NCBI GenBank assembly: GCA_963765205.1
Contig: CAVXVB010000009.1
Span: 1,435,936-1,499,935 of the forward strand
Direction: 5' to 3'
DNA length: 64,000 bases
DNA from: an uncultured Verrucomicrobiae bacterium
GTDB lineage: Bacteria > Verrucomicrobiota > Verrucomicrobiia > Opitutales > JABDGR01
Below are positions 38,252-47,766 of this stretch, in pieces. The position numbers were made by a program, and so were the translations under genes. The first letter of the stretch is position 1, and every line of letters starts with the position of its first letter. Below the pieces are notes generated by a model, which searched no databases, was not told the origin of the DNA, and saw only the letters and a program-made list of their open reading frames with translations.

Positions 38252-40663
38252 TTATGAAGATTGAGCCGAGACAAGACGAGAGCATTCAACAAGCGTGGAC
38301 TGCCGAAGGGCGTCAAAAACTTGCTCGCGTTCCGTAAATCCGGCGAGTGCATGGAAGCCGCCGAGGGTGCGGAACTGACTGCGTTCAAAAAGTTTTTGGA
38401 GGCGGCCTGCCATGAAATCGTCCAGAGCGGCAGGATCGTCAGCGACAAGCTCGGCCGTGGCGTTGAGCCACTTGTTGTCATGGTAGCGGAGATTGAAACG
38501 CGCAGCAATGGAGTCCACGGTGTCGCCGATCACCTTGTCTTTCGTCGGCAACTCGCGCTTGCCGAGGGCATGGTAAACGAAAGCCGGTGTCGGTGCCGGC
38601 ACGCCATAGGAGACCATGAGCTTGTCGGGCGAGTAATACATCGTCGGGCGGTGATAAAACTTTTCTTGGAGGATACTCTCAATGGCATCGTCATCCTCGC
38701 TTTCCACCGCCTTGCTCAACGCGGGGTTGGACTTGGCAAAGTCCTTGAGGTCGCGCTCGAATGAGCCGCGGAACGTCATCACGTCCACCTTCTCCCCATT
38801 GGGGCCGACGATACGGATTTCCTTGCTGACGATGCGATCAATACCTTCCCAGACGGGAATCGTGCGCGGCGGCGTGCCGCCAAGAGGAGGCGGCTCGTTG
38901 AGAACTGGGTTGCCATCCGCTGGCGATTCTGGATACGGATCACCGCCCGGTCCAGTCGGGCGGGGTTGTTTCGGCTTGGAAAGTTTTAGGGGCAGAGTGT
39001 AGTCGTATTTTTCCTCAAAAAATTCCGCGACGGCGCAAAAATCCAATAGGAAGAATTCCTTTTTCTCGTATTCAGTGTTGCCAATCACAAACTTAAACAG
39101 GCGCGTGCCGCGACCTTTGATCTGGATGTATTCTGTCGGGGAGAAAACCGGGCGCATCAGCACGACATTGAGCAGGTCTTGGCAGTTGTAGCCCGTCGAA
39201 AGCATGTCCACCGAAACAGCCACGCGCTCCGGGCGATTGCCGTCTCGAAAGTCTTTCGCGAAAACCGAGGCGTCTTGAACGCGCGAAGTAATGGTAAGCG
39301 CAATCCCCGGTTCAAGTTCATTGAGAAGCTTAGTGAGCGCGGTGGCGTGCGTTTGGTTGACGGCAAATATAATAGACTTGCCGATTTTGTCCGTCGGGTC
39401 GCGTTGGGCTTCCCTTAGAAAGGTCTCGCACATTACCCGGTTGCGGTGAGGCGTGAAAATTTTGCGTTCCAAATCCTGAATTTTGAAGTTTTCATCTTGT
39501 TCGTTTACGTTCACCGCCCAGCCCGCATCTTGCAAGGCCTGTGTAGTAATGTCCGAGCGGCAGTCTATGATTTTGGGCAGGCAGAGGAACGGCCCTTCCG
39601 GGTCTTGCACGGCGTCAAGAATGTCGTATCGGAAGGTCGGCTGACCTGGCTCACAGCCAAAATACGTATAGGTGTCGCGGAGCACGCGGGCTTCCAAAGC
39701 TTTCGGGTTTTCCGCGCCAAGTTTTTCCACGTTGATATTCTTGAGATAGGCTTTTGGCGTTGCCGTAAGCCCGATGCGTGTAGCTTGGAAAAACTGGACG
39801 ACCTCACGCGCATCACCATATATGGAGCGATGCGCCTCATCGTTCACCACCAGGTCAAAGTAGAACGGCGTGAATTCTTGGCGGTAACGGCCATCCATCA
39901 TCAGGGATTGGATGGTTGCCACGACGACATTTGAGCCAAGAAGTTTACCCGTGCGACGGGCGGACTTATATGTGACGGGATTGTATTCTGGAAGAAGCGC
40001 CTCGAAATCCTCCATCGTTTGCTTTGCCAACTCTATTCTGTCCACGATGAAAAGAACGCGCTCCGCGTTGCGCGTGAGCAGGAACCGACGGATCAGCGCG
40101 GCGCAGAGGCGGGTCTTGCCTGTGCCGGTCGCCATTTCCAAAAGAAATTTTTTGCGGCCTTTATCAAAGCCCTTGGCAACGCTTTCCATCGCCCGAATCT
40201 GATAACCGCGAAGCATCAAATCGGGCTTCACTACGCGCAGGTAGTCCGGGCGGACGATTTCCGATTGTAATGGACGCGGCGGTTGGAGATTTTTTTGGCG
40301 AAGCCTTTCGAGGTCTTCGCGCGAAGGCAAACGCTCAATGCGGTAAGCATCGCGCTGATCGGCGCGTTCGTAATTCCAAAACCAGTGCTCACGCCCGTTG
40401 GAAAGGAGGACGAACGGCGATGTCAAATTTTCCGCGTAGCCTCGCGCTTGCTCCTTCGCGTCGTAGGGGTCAACGTCTTCCCGCTTGGCTTCCAGGACAC
40501 AGAGGACGCGACCGAGGCTGTCTTTCAACAGATAATCGGCACGACCGTTGGCAGTATGGGATTCAAACTGGACTTGTTTAGGGTCCAGCAAGTCCCAACC
40601 GCTATCGCCGAGCGCCCTGTCAATGAGCACGCGGGAAAAAGCTTCGTTTTGACCTTTAGACAT
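38252..40663 (-). CDS. hsdR: Type I RM restriction subunit
   Basis: ADY...LEAK, MATGTGKT, DEAHRS, LTATP, MLSTG, QIKGRGTR. Confidence 0.92.
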   Translation of the reverse strand: MSKGQNEAFSRVLIDRALGDSGWDLLDPKQVQFESHTANGRADYLLKDSLGRVLCVLEAKREDVDPYDAKEQARGYAENLTSPFVLLSNGREHWFWNYERADQRDAYRIERLPSREDLERLRQKNLQPPRPLQSEIVRPDYLRVVKPDLMLRGYQIRAMESVAKGFDKGRKKFLLEMATGTGKTRLCAALIRRFLLTRNAERVLFIVDRIELAKQTMEDFEALLPEYNPVTYKSARRTGKLLGSNVVVATIQSLMMDGRYRQEFTPFYFDLVVNDEAHRSIYGDAREVVQFFQATRIGLTATPKAYLKNINVEKLGAENPKALEARVLRDTYTYFGCEPGQPTFRYDILDAVQDPEGPFLCLPKIIDCRSDITTQALQDAGWAVNVNEQDENFKIQDLERKIFTPHRNRVMCETFLREAQRDPTDKIGKSIIFAVNQTHATALTKLLNELEPGIALTITSRVQDASVFAKDFRDGNRPERVAVSVDMLSTGYNCQDLLNVVLMRPVFSPTEYIQIKGRGTRLFKFVIGNTEYEKKEFFLLDFCAVAEFFEEKYDYTLPLKLSKPKQPRPTGPGGDPYPESPADGNPVLNEPPPLGGTPPRTIPVWEGIDRIVSKEIRIVGPNGEKVDVMTFRGSFERDLKDFAKSNPALSKAVESEDDDAIESILQEKFYHRPTMYYSPDKLMVSYGVPAPTPAFVYHALGKRELPTKDKVIGDTVDSIAARFNLRYHDNKWLNATAELVADDPAALDDFMAGRLQKLFERSQFRTLGGFHALAGFTEREQVFDALRQSTLVECSRLVSAQSS

Positions 40664-40834
40664 GGCGAAGGGTTTTCCTAATCATCGTTCTACGAATTTA
40701 CCATATAACCACTTTTCTATGAAGGGGATGCGGCGTCAAGAGAGTAACTTTCACAGGCTGGACACTATGTTCAGTACCGCTTATAGTAGTTTTAGATCGA
40801 GGCGACACAATAATTCTAATTGAGGTAAATTGAA

Positions 40835-42238
40835 ATGACCTTGTGCATTGCATGGAAATACGAGGAGGCTAATAGGGCAAAAATTTGTTTTGCTGCCGAT
40901 ACTTGTGTGACGGTCGGAGGCGAAACTATGCCTTTTGGCGGTATCAAGATTTTGGAAGTTCCGGTCGTCTACTCAACCCCAACCGCTACTAACGGACACC
41001 CTTCACGAATCTGGAAAACGACCTACGGGCTTGCCTTCGCAGGAGATTTCCTACCAGCATTTCTATTAAAGGAATCGGTGGCCGACGTATTAACTCACTT
41101 GCAGGGGATCATTGAACCAAATGAGGTGTCGTTTGAAATGATTTGTTCGCTTGTAGCAAAGCTACATCAGCATTTTCACGAACAAATGCGTAGAACTTTG
41201 CCATGTGGCTACGAGTTGAATTTCTTTTTCGCTGGATTTTGTCCAAGAAGCCAATGTGTTCGTGTGGCCAAATTTTTTGTCAACGAGAATGGATCTCCAC
41301 TGTGGCACGAAATCTTGCAAGGGGGCGGAGTTTCATATGAGACGATTGGGATTGAAACTGCTTGCTCACGATTTCGCGTATTACTGGAGCTGAATCTTGC
41401 CGGACCACCTTGTCGGATTCATTTTGCCGTCCTGCATCGCTTACGCGACGTGATTCTTGACCCGCAAATCGATTGGGTCGATGGTGCCATCCAATATGGT
41501 GATTTTCACCAACAAGGTGAATTTAGGTTATTCGGTGCGTGTATGTTAGAAATGAGTGACGAACAACTACTTCTAAAGAACTACGTTCGAGGTACCGATC
41601 TCGAAAGTGTTCATCACCCTACAGATTACAATGACATTTATGTTAGCTACAGCTATTTGGTGCCGTTTGCTGAAGAAATTGATGCATTTGAATCTGCGTC
41701 CTACACAGCTGATGATAATCGTCGGTTCCCTTTGGATGAAATAATCACTGTATTGCCTTATGAAGAGAACTGGATGAACCATTATTCAAGTGAAGCTGAA
41801 TTTCTTAAGCTTAGCTTCCCGACTGCCCATGGCATTGAGCATATCGGAAGTACAGCCGTTCCAGGCCTTCCTGCTGTGCCTGTCATCGACATAATGATCG
41901 GCCTAAACTCACTATGGCTTGAAAACCAGCCCGCAACCAGGTTGGAAGTTTTGGGTTACGCCTATGTAGGTTGCGATGGAATCCCCACACGCCGGCTCTT
42001 CCGCAAACGAACTCACATCGGGTTCAATGTCCATATTGTGGAATACGGTGGCTCATTTTGGAATTCGGCAATCAACCTTCGTAACTACCTACGCAACAAT
42101 TCTGTTGCATGCGCAGGTTACTGGCAAAAAAAACTCCAAATTTTGAACTGTGGAGCATGGATGCTTCGGCGTTACAACAGGAAAAAAGTCGAAATCCTGA
42201 GGGATCTAGCAACAAAGGCGGGAAGCCCTCTATCCTGA
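40835..42238 (+). CDS. Ntn-hydrolase (proteasome-beta-like) domain fused to a GrpB-family domain
   Basis: MTLCIAW...AADT...GIKI...AFAG...VDGAIQ; C-terminal IEHIGSTAVPGL...IDIM...RNYLR. Confidence 0.65.
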   Translation: MTLCIAWKYEEANRAKICFAADTCVTVGGETMPFGGIKILEVPVVYSTPTATNGHPSRIWKTTYGLAFAGDFLPAFLLKESVADVLTHLQGIIEPNEVSFEMICSLVAKLHQHFHEQMRRTLPCGYELNFFFAGFCPRSQCVRVAKFFVNENGSPLWHEILQGGGVSYETIGIETACSRFRVLLELNLAGPPCRIHFAVLHRLRDVILDPQIDWVDGAIQYGDFHQQGEFRLFGACMLEMSDEQLLLKNYVRGTDLESVHHPTDYNDIYVSYSYLVPFAEEIDAFESASYTADDNRRFPLDEIITVLPYEENWMNHYSSEAEFLKLSFPTAHGIEHIGSTAVPGLPAVPVIDIMIGLNSLWLENQPATRLEVLGYAYVGCDGIPTRRLFRKRTHIGFNVHIVEYGGSFWNSAINLRNYLRNNSVACAGYWQKKLQILNCGAWMLRRYNRKKVEILRDLATKAGSPLS

Positions 42239-42308
42239 ACAAATTAATTCAGAAATAAAGCGGCATAGACCAGACTAACAACCAAAGAATCTCCGCAGCG
42301 ATTGATAA

Positions 42309-43676
42309 TCATAAAGAGGAATAACCCATGCTTGCTATTTGGGATGCCTTTAATTCAGAAGCAGCGACTATGAATCTCCAGTTCTCCCGGCTTCTTGCGT
42401 CAAATGTTATGTCATCAAAGCGGATTCCTCGATTAAAGGTCCGAAGTAATTCCGCAACTGAAAGTGCGCCAGCCATCGCACCAACAAAACTGGTAGAAAC
42501 GGATTTACCCGCTATATCAAATGCTAATGCTCCACAAACTTCATTTTCTGCACCAAAGAGTTTTGCTACCCCATCATCAACATTCGGAACACGATCGTTT
42601 AGTTTTCCCCAGAGTCTTGCTGCTGTGTGTCGTTCGCTTGGAAATACATATATATCAGCTTGATCAAAGTCAGCCAGAGTTGCACCTAGACCGCATTCTA
42701 TTACCAAACCGAATTTTGCCGTGTCGATATGCAGTCGCGGCGCTGCGCGATCAAAACCGCAAAAGGCAATGTGTGGTTCGTTTTCGCCGCACCTATCTGC
42801 GCTGCTAAAGTGTCTTTCTGTTAAAACTGTTTTGAACCCGAGGCATTCAAGCCAAGCTGCGGTATGACGTGTCTTTTTTGTCCCAACAGATTCCGCACCG
42901 CACAAAAGCCCGGAACCATGATTTGAGGTATCAATTACGTCAAAGTCGTGCAATAAAAATTCCACTTCTTGCGGGCGCGGGTGTGGCATGAGTGCGAGGT
43001 TCCAAATAAAGGCTTGTCCTAAATGGCCCAACCCAAGCATCCAAAATCGATTTGGAAGGTTCTGTAATCTCCGACCAATTACAGGCTGACGCCAATCTTC
43101 GCATGGATTCCACAGAGATATTCCTGATTCTAGCTCAAGCCGATTGGCTGGAAGTTGAGCCGCGCGAACAAAACAACGGTGAACCCCCATTGCTCCGGCC
43201 ATAATCCCACCCAAGGCGAAATCATCATGATCGGCCACATTAAAATCTACTGGCAAAGCAAAGTCACTTACACCGCCACGCCAACTATCGCAGTACACAC
43301 AGACATCGTCTTCTTTTGCAAACGCAGGAGCGGGGCCAATGTATAAAGTGTGCGTTGGCTCTTGGAGGTGGACTTGTGAATGACCGGTTATTGCTAAGGC
43401 CTGATTGAGCGTTGTCATCCCTGCCAAGGGAATCCGCAATGGGATTCCATCCGGAATCTGAACTTCAACGCCACCCAAGAACGCTCTATGCGCTGTATTT
43501 AGTGAAGTAAGAAGCGCCGCCTGAGCCGCAGCACGGAGACAGACCCCTTCCGCTAAGACAATGCGTAAGGTCAAGGTTCCTAAAAATTGCTTGGCCTGCT
43601 CGTAAGTAATACGGCGACTTTTCGCCAAGCCAATTGCTAGACGATTCGCGCAACCTGCTGTGATGCCTTGTTTCAT
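42309..43676 (-). CDS. ThiF/E1-like ubiquitin-activating enzyme (BilD-like)
   Basis: LGLGHLGQA, DFD.....N, CGFD, conserved CG; ATGA overlap with the JAB stop. Confidence 0.85.
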   Translation of the reverse strand: MKQGITAGCANRLAIGLAKSRRITYEQAKQFLGTLTLRIVLAEGVCLRAAAQAALLTSLNTAHRAFLGGVEVQIPDGIPLRIPLAGMTTLNQALAITGHSQVHLQEPTHTLYIGPAPAFAKEDDVCVYCDSWRGGVSDFALPVDFNVADHDDFALGGIMAGAMGVHRCFVRAAQLPANRLELESGISLWNPCEDWRQPVIGRRLQNLPNRFWMLGLGHLGQAFIWNLALMPHPRPQEVEFLLHDFDVIDTSNHGSGLLCGAESVGTKKTRHTAAWLECLGFKTVLTERHFSSADRCGENEPHIAFCGFDRAAPRLHIDTAKFGLVIECGLGATLADFDQADIYVFPSERHTAARLWGKLNDRVPNVDDGVAKLFGAENEVCGALAFDIAGKSVSTSFVGAMAGALSVAELLRTFNRGIRFDDITFDARSRENWRFIVAASELKASQIASMGYSSL

Positions 43677-44134
43677 AGTAAGGCAAGTCGAACATGCTTC
43701 TTCCAATTCTCCCATTGGCCGTCGCCACGGTAGACAAATGCACTTACTCCATTAAGATTTAATTTATTCCCCTTTGCGTAATTCGGGACGATTAAGCCAA
43801 CATGGTCTATTCTTGGCATCATCGGATGCTCCTTGTCAGACTCGCTTTGGCCAGTCCATTAACCGGGATGTGTATGCACGTCAGCAATTACTCGCAAGCC
43901 GGCATCCTGGCAAATTTTTGCTAATGGAACATATCCCGATCCGTCGAATCGAATGTACCCTTCATCCAGACAGTGAGCATCAAGATCATCGTAATACACG
44001 ACTCGACAAACACGACGTTCACCACCCCGAGCCAATAAAAATGCTCCGCTTTCACGGCGGCCATATCCCCGCCGACGGAGTCCACTGATCAGTGTAAGCC
44101 AAAGAGATCGTCCAATAATGATTTCAGCAGCCAT
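43673..44134 (-). pseudogene. JAB/MPN+ deubiquitinase (BilC-like) with in-frame TAA at 43859-43861
   Basis: RESGAFLL...DVHTHPG*WTGQSESD.EHPM; frame stays open to the TGA overlapping the E1 start. Confidence 0.85.
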
Positions 44135-44597
44135 GATATTCCTCCGATGCCAGAAGTTCATGCGTAAGCCGTAAATAGTGGACAATGGTTCGGGTTCGCT
44201 TCCAACCTAGACCAGGATGTTTCGTCGCCCAATCCGCATGAGCCGCCATGGCAACTCTGTCCCATGGCACATATAGCGCCACAGCATTATTCCAATCGAT
44301 GCGAAATGCCATTCTTACATCAGCAATTCCTTTGGGCCATTTCGCTAAATCCAGTCGTTCATTCCGTTCTGGATTCCATACGGTAGCCGTCGGGCCCATC
44401 TCTGGGTAGTCCTTCAGAAAGAATCGAAAATGATAGCGGTCAGGAGCATTAGGCCGGATTGGCGCAGCAATCCATAGAACAACGTGTGGCCACACGACTG
44501 CATCGCTAGCCACCACGTCCCACCAACCGCGCTCGACTCCATATTGAAAGTCTGGCGTAGTCATGTGTTCCTGAAAACATTCTTGGTCGAGAGTCAT
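44124..44597 (-). CDS. Prokaryotic E2-like protein (BilB-like)
   Basis: YPEMGPTA..W...WP...ALYVPWDR...H..W; position in the Ubl-E2-JAB-E1 operon. Confidence 0.7.
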   Translation of the reverse strand: MTLDQECFQEHMTTPDFQYGVERGWWDVVASDAVVWPHVVLWIAAPIRPNAPDRYHFRFFLKDYPEMGPTATVWNPERNERLDLAKWPKGIADVRMAFRIDWNNAVALYVPWDRVAMAAHADWATKHPGLGWKRTRTIVHYLRLTHELLASEEYHGC

Positions 44598-45085
44598 CCT
44601 TGAATGCGGGATGCTGGGGTGAAGTAAAGGGTTAATTCACAGGGATGCCCATGGACAAGCGATCCTATATGCACAGCGTGCGCGAGAGGGTCGCCCTCCG
44701 CAGTAAGGCGTAGCGTGTACTTCCCACCCTTATCAACAGAAAAGTGCTCTATAACCCAGCGTAACAGTTTCCCGATTGTCGCGCCCGGACGAAAAATATG
44801 TTCTCTTTTTTCATCAACGTGGATGAATGTCACCTTGATTTGACGACACCGGTGAGCATGATAGCGCTTTCCGTGACGCTCGTGGGTCAGGTAGCGTTCG
44901 CGCGGAAGCTCTTCATCCGAATCTTCTTCAAAGATGAAGATTTCTTCTGCCTTAACATCACCAAATTTTCCAGTGGCAATTAGAATCAAAGCTAGTGCTT
45001 CGATGGTTTTGGGCTCATCCAATTCAAACGAATGGGTTTGTTCAAGTCCACCAAGGTGGACAAGGATGCGTTTTGAGGGAGTCAT
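44594..45085 (-). CDS. Tandem ubiquitin-like protein (ISG15-like, BilA-like) ending in Gly
   Basis: 163 aa, two beta-grasp-sized units, C-terminus SRIQG; first gene of the operon. Confidence 0.8.
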   Translation of the reverse strand: MTPSKRILVHLGGLEQTHSFELDEPKTIEALALILIATGKFGDVKAEEIFIFEEDSDEELPRERYLTHERHGKRYHAHRCRQIKVTFIHVDEKREHIFRPGATIGKLLRWVIEHFSVDKGGKYTLRLTAEGDPLAHAVHIGSLVHGHPCELTLYFTPASRIQG

Positions 45086-45127
45086 GATGTGTTTTTCGTT
45101 TATGGTTAAACAGTGCGACTGTCGCCT

Positions 45128-45156
45128 AATGTAAGCCTACATCGGCTTACACGCAA
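45128..45156 (-). promoter_or_regulatory. Sigma70-like promoter of the Ubl operon with overlapping operator palindrome
   Basis: TTGCGT-17-TACATT; TGTAAGCC-n6-GGCTTACA at 45130-45151. Confidence 0.6.
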
Positions 45157-45233
45157 GCAAAAAAACACTTTTTTAAAATTTTATTTGGTCGAAGCTAAAT
45201 GCCGAGTAGAGCATTCGATATAATGCTGAATTT

Positions 45234-45599
45234 TTATCGTGATCTATTCGCATAAAGTTCCTTCAGTTTTGAGGCGATTTCCTCCGGAGATAGTGAACCT
45301 GCGTTCACATGCTCAACTACTGACTGAAAAACTAATCCCAACCTTGGGCTCGACTCAGCGAGTCGTTTAAGATCACCCATTGCACTTCGCGTGTCCAAGT
45401 ATTTCAATTCTTCAGGACGTGTCCCGAGCTTCTTGGCGATCCGTGTCAATATCTCGTCTGAAGGGTAGCGGCGTCCTAACTCAACATCCGAGAGGAATGG
45501 GGCTGATATACTAACAGCTCGCGCAAGTTCACGTAACGAAATACCTGTCTTTTTGCGCAGTTCACGCAATTTTCCTCCTAAAGCGATTTCATTCGTCAT
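45234..45599 (-). CDS. XRE-family HTH regulator upstream of the Ubl operon
   Basis: LGGKLRELRKKTGISLRELA...FLSDVELGRRYPS. Confidence 0.85.
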   Translation of the reverse strand: MTNEIALGGKLRELRKKTGISLRELARAVSISAPFLSDVELGRRYPSDEILTRIAKKLGTRPEELKYLDTRSAMGDLKRLAESSPRLGLVFQSVVEHVNAGSLSPEEIASKLKELYANRSR

Positions 45600-45781
45600 G
45601 CAGTAGCTTATGACAGCTAACAGAGCAGCGTCAAGGTGTATTTTAAAAGAACGCTGACAGAAAGCAAAAATGGATTCGTTAGGTGTTGCATTGTCCACGA
45701 ACGTTTTGATATTGACTTGCTTGGCCTGTTTTATGCTTCAATGCTTGCGCCTTGATGAATTCTCACCCTCAAGCGTTTACT

Positions 45782-45970
45782 ATGGACCCCAAAGCGACAT
45801 CCATTTATGCAAGCCCAAAAGAAGTCGCTGGGAAAATCGCTGCCCGCACAGGGGGGAGCCCTTCGACTATTTCCGTCCAAATGGTAGGCTCTCGTGAAGT
45901 TGAGAAGTTCATCTCCCGAGTTTTGAAGGCAAAAAAGAATATCCGTAAAGTAAAATTGCAACTGGATTGA
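45782..45970 (+). CDS. Small basic hypothetical protein
   Basis: MDPKATSIY... 62 aa, directly upstream of the papain-like gene. Confidence 0.45.
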   Translation: MDPKATSIYASPKEVAGKIAARTGGSPSTISVQMVGSREVEKFISRVLKAKKNIRKVKLQLD

Positions 45971-46003
45971 CTTCGCCTCAAAAGTTTCTAGCCTTGATAT
46001 TCA

Positions 46004-47563
46004 ATGTCAAGACTGGTGGCACCAAACGGCATAGCGGAAATCGTTGCTCTTGAGCAGCCATTTTCAAATTTTTCCTACGCCGAAGAACACTTCCAGGGAA
46101 GTTTTCCAATCCGTCGGCTATTTTCTCAAGCACGCGGACGTAAGTGTAAAACCCTCGTTATTGAGGATGTTCCGCCGGCCGCAGCAGTTGAGGACGAAAA
46201 CACTGAAATTCGTGAACTTTTCCCGGATTACCAAATGGCGGGTCTAAAACGCCTATCATTTTGGCTCACTAAGTTTTCTGATTCCGATGCCCTCAGTACC
46301 ATCAGTGCCTCTGAATGTATTGGTTATGCGTTGTTGAAACACGATGTCTGTCCCATACGAAAGCTAGATTTATGGCACGTCTTCGAATCCGCCATTGCTA
46401 AATACGATCACCCTCACAACTACACTCCTTGTGCAAAGCCAATTTCATTTCGTGTTGGGCAAAGGGAATTTAGCGTCTCAGCGGTTTTTTATTGTCAACA
46501 AAATCGTCTAAACAAAGCTTGCGCGCAGGTAGCTTTGCGAAGCATATGTGCGACTTATCTGTCGGATTTCGATCTTTCATTTAAGCGCATCAACGACTTC
46601 GCATTTGTTCAGCCAGAGGCACGCACGCCTTGGGTAGGACTCCAAATTAATCAAATTGTTCGCGTATTGGATGGCCTTGGCATTCCATTTGATGAGACCT
46701 ATTACGACCCAAATAAGCGCGGCAGGAAAACATTCCGAGAATCCTTTCCCTACCAACGGATTTTGTATAGCGGTGTTGAATCCGGTATGGGGGGACTGTT
46801 AGCCTTTATGATGCGAGGGCGTGGAGCTACAAATGTTGGCCATATGATTCCTTTATTCGGCCATACTTTCAACGAAGATGCGTGGGCGCCACATGCTCAC
46901 GTCGAATATTTTAACGTTGGTGAAGAAATCCGCTTTATACCAAGTGATGCTTGGTTGAGCAGTTTTATTGTCCATGATGACAATTTCGGGTCAAACCTGT
47001 GTATCCCCAAGGCATACTTGCCGAAAGAAGCAGTTCGATACGTCATCGCATTACTACCCCCTGGGTTTGTCTACCCAGGTCTTTATGCCGAGCTTTCCGC
47101 TGCGGATTGTTTTTACTCCATGATTCCAAAGATTCCTAACCCAACGAATCCGTGGATTACACGTCTTCTAGGTTACTACGAAGACAAGAGACTTATTCTC
47201 CGCCATGTTCCAATTACGAAAGATGGGTACCTAACCCATCTGAGCACGATGAGTGATTGGGATGGAGGAAGTGAAAACAGCGAAATCCTACGGCATTTGC
47301 GTGAAACAAATTTTGCGGATAAAATGTGGATGATCGAACTATCTGTACCCGACCTCTTTTCTACGAACAAACGCAAAATCGGGGAACTACTTTTTGCTGC
47401 CGACAAATTCTACACAAATAAAACAGATTTCACTCTTTTCGTTTTGGCTAGATTTCCTGGCATTTATATGTTTTTTAACGAGTTTAACGCCCAAGGAGTG
47501 CCTGAATTTGTTATGAATGAAAGCTGGATTAAGTCGCATACGCCACTGTTTGGCACGCGTTAG
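46004..47563 (+). CDS. Hypothetical protein with a papain-like (C39-type) catalytic set
   Basis: QQNRLNKACAQVAL ... GHMIPLFGH ... VHDDNFG. Confidence 0.55.
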   Translation: MSRLVAPNGIAEIVALEQPFSNFSYAEEHFQGSFPIRRLFSQARGRKCKTLVIEDVPPAAAVEDENTEIRELFPDYQMAGLKRLSFWLTKFSDSDALSTISASECIGYALLKHDVCPIRKLDLWHVFESAIAKYDHPHNYTPCAKPISFRVGQREFSVSAVFYCQQNRLNKACAQVALRSICATYLSDFDLSFKRINDFAFVQPEARTPWVGLQINQIVRVLDGLGIPFDETYYDPNKRGRKTFRESFPYQRILYSGVESGMGGLLAFMMRGRGATNVGHMIPLFGHTFNEDAWAPHAHVEYFNVGEEIRFIPSDAWLSSFIVHDDNFGSNLCIPKAYLPKEAVRYVIALLPPGFVYPGLYAELSAADCFYSMIPKIPNPTNPWITRLLGYYEDKRLILRHVPITKDGYLTHLSTMSDWDGGSENSEILRHLRETNFADKMWMIELSVPDLFSTNKRKIGELLFAADKFYTNKTDFTLFVLARFPGIYMFFNEFNAQGVPEFVMNESWIKSHTPLFGTR

Positions 47564-47766
47564 CGGGGTTTAGGGCTCGCGCGTAGTGGGCCTTGTTTTG
47601 CTTTCGATGTTTTCGGGCCGCGCTGTACGCAGGGGTCTTCCCCCTGCACCCCGCATTGTAAAAGAACTTCGGTTGCAACACGTCCGCTGACGAAAATCTT
47701 AGTAGAGTCTTTTAGGAGCAATTGACTTTACAGTAATCGTGCAGAGGCACATGTTATTCTTATTGT

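Noticed and set aside
42309..43715. E1 start at 43715
   Set aside because: It overlaps the read-through JAB frame; the ATGA coupling supports 43676.
43859..43861. Selenocysteine or pyrrolysine recoding in the JAB gene
   Set aside because: The codon is TAA, not TGA or TAG, and falls at a non-catalytic spacer position.
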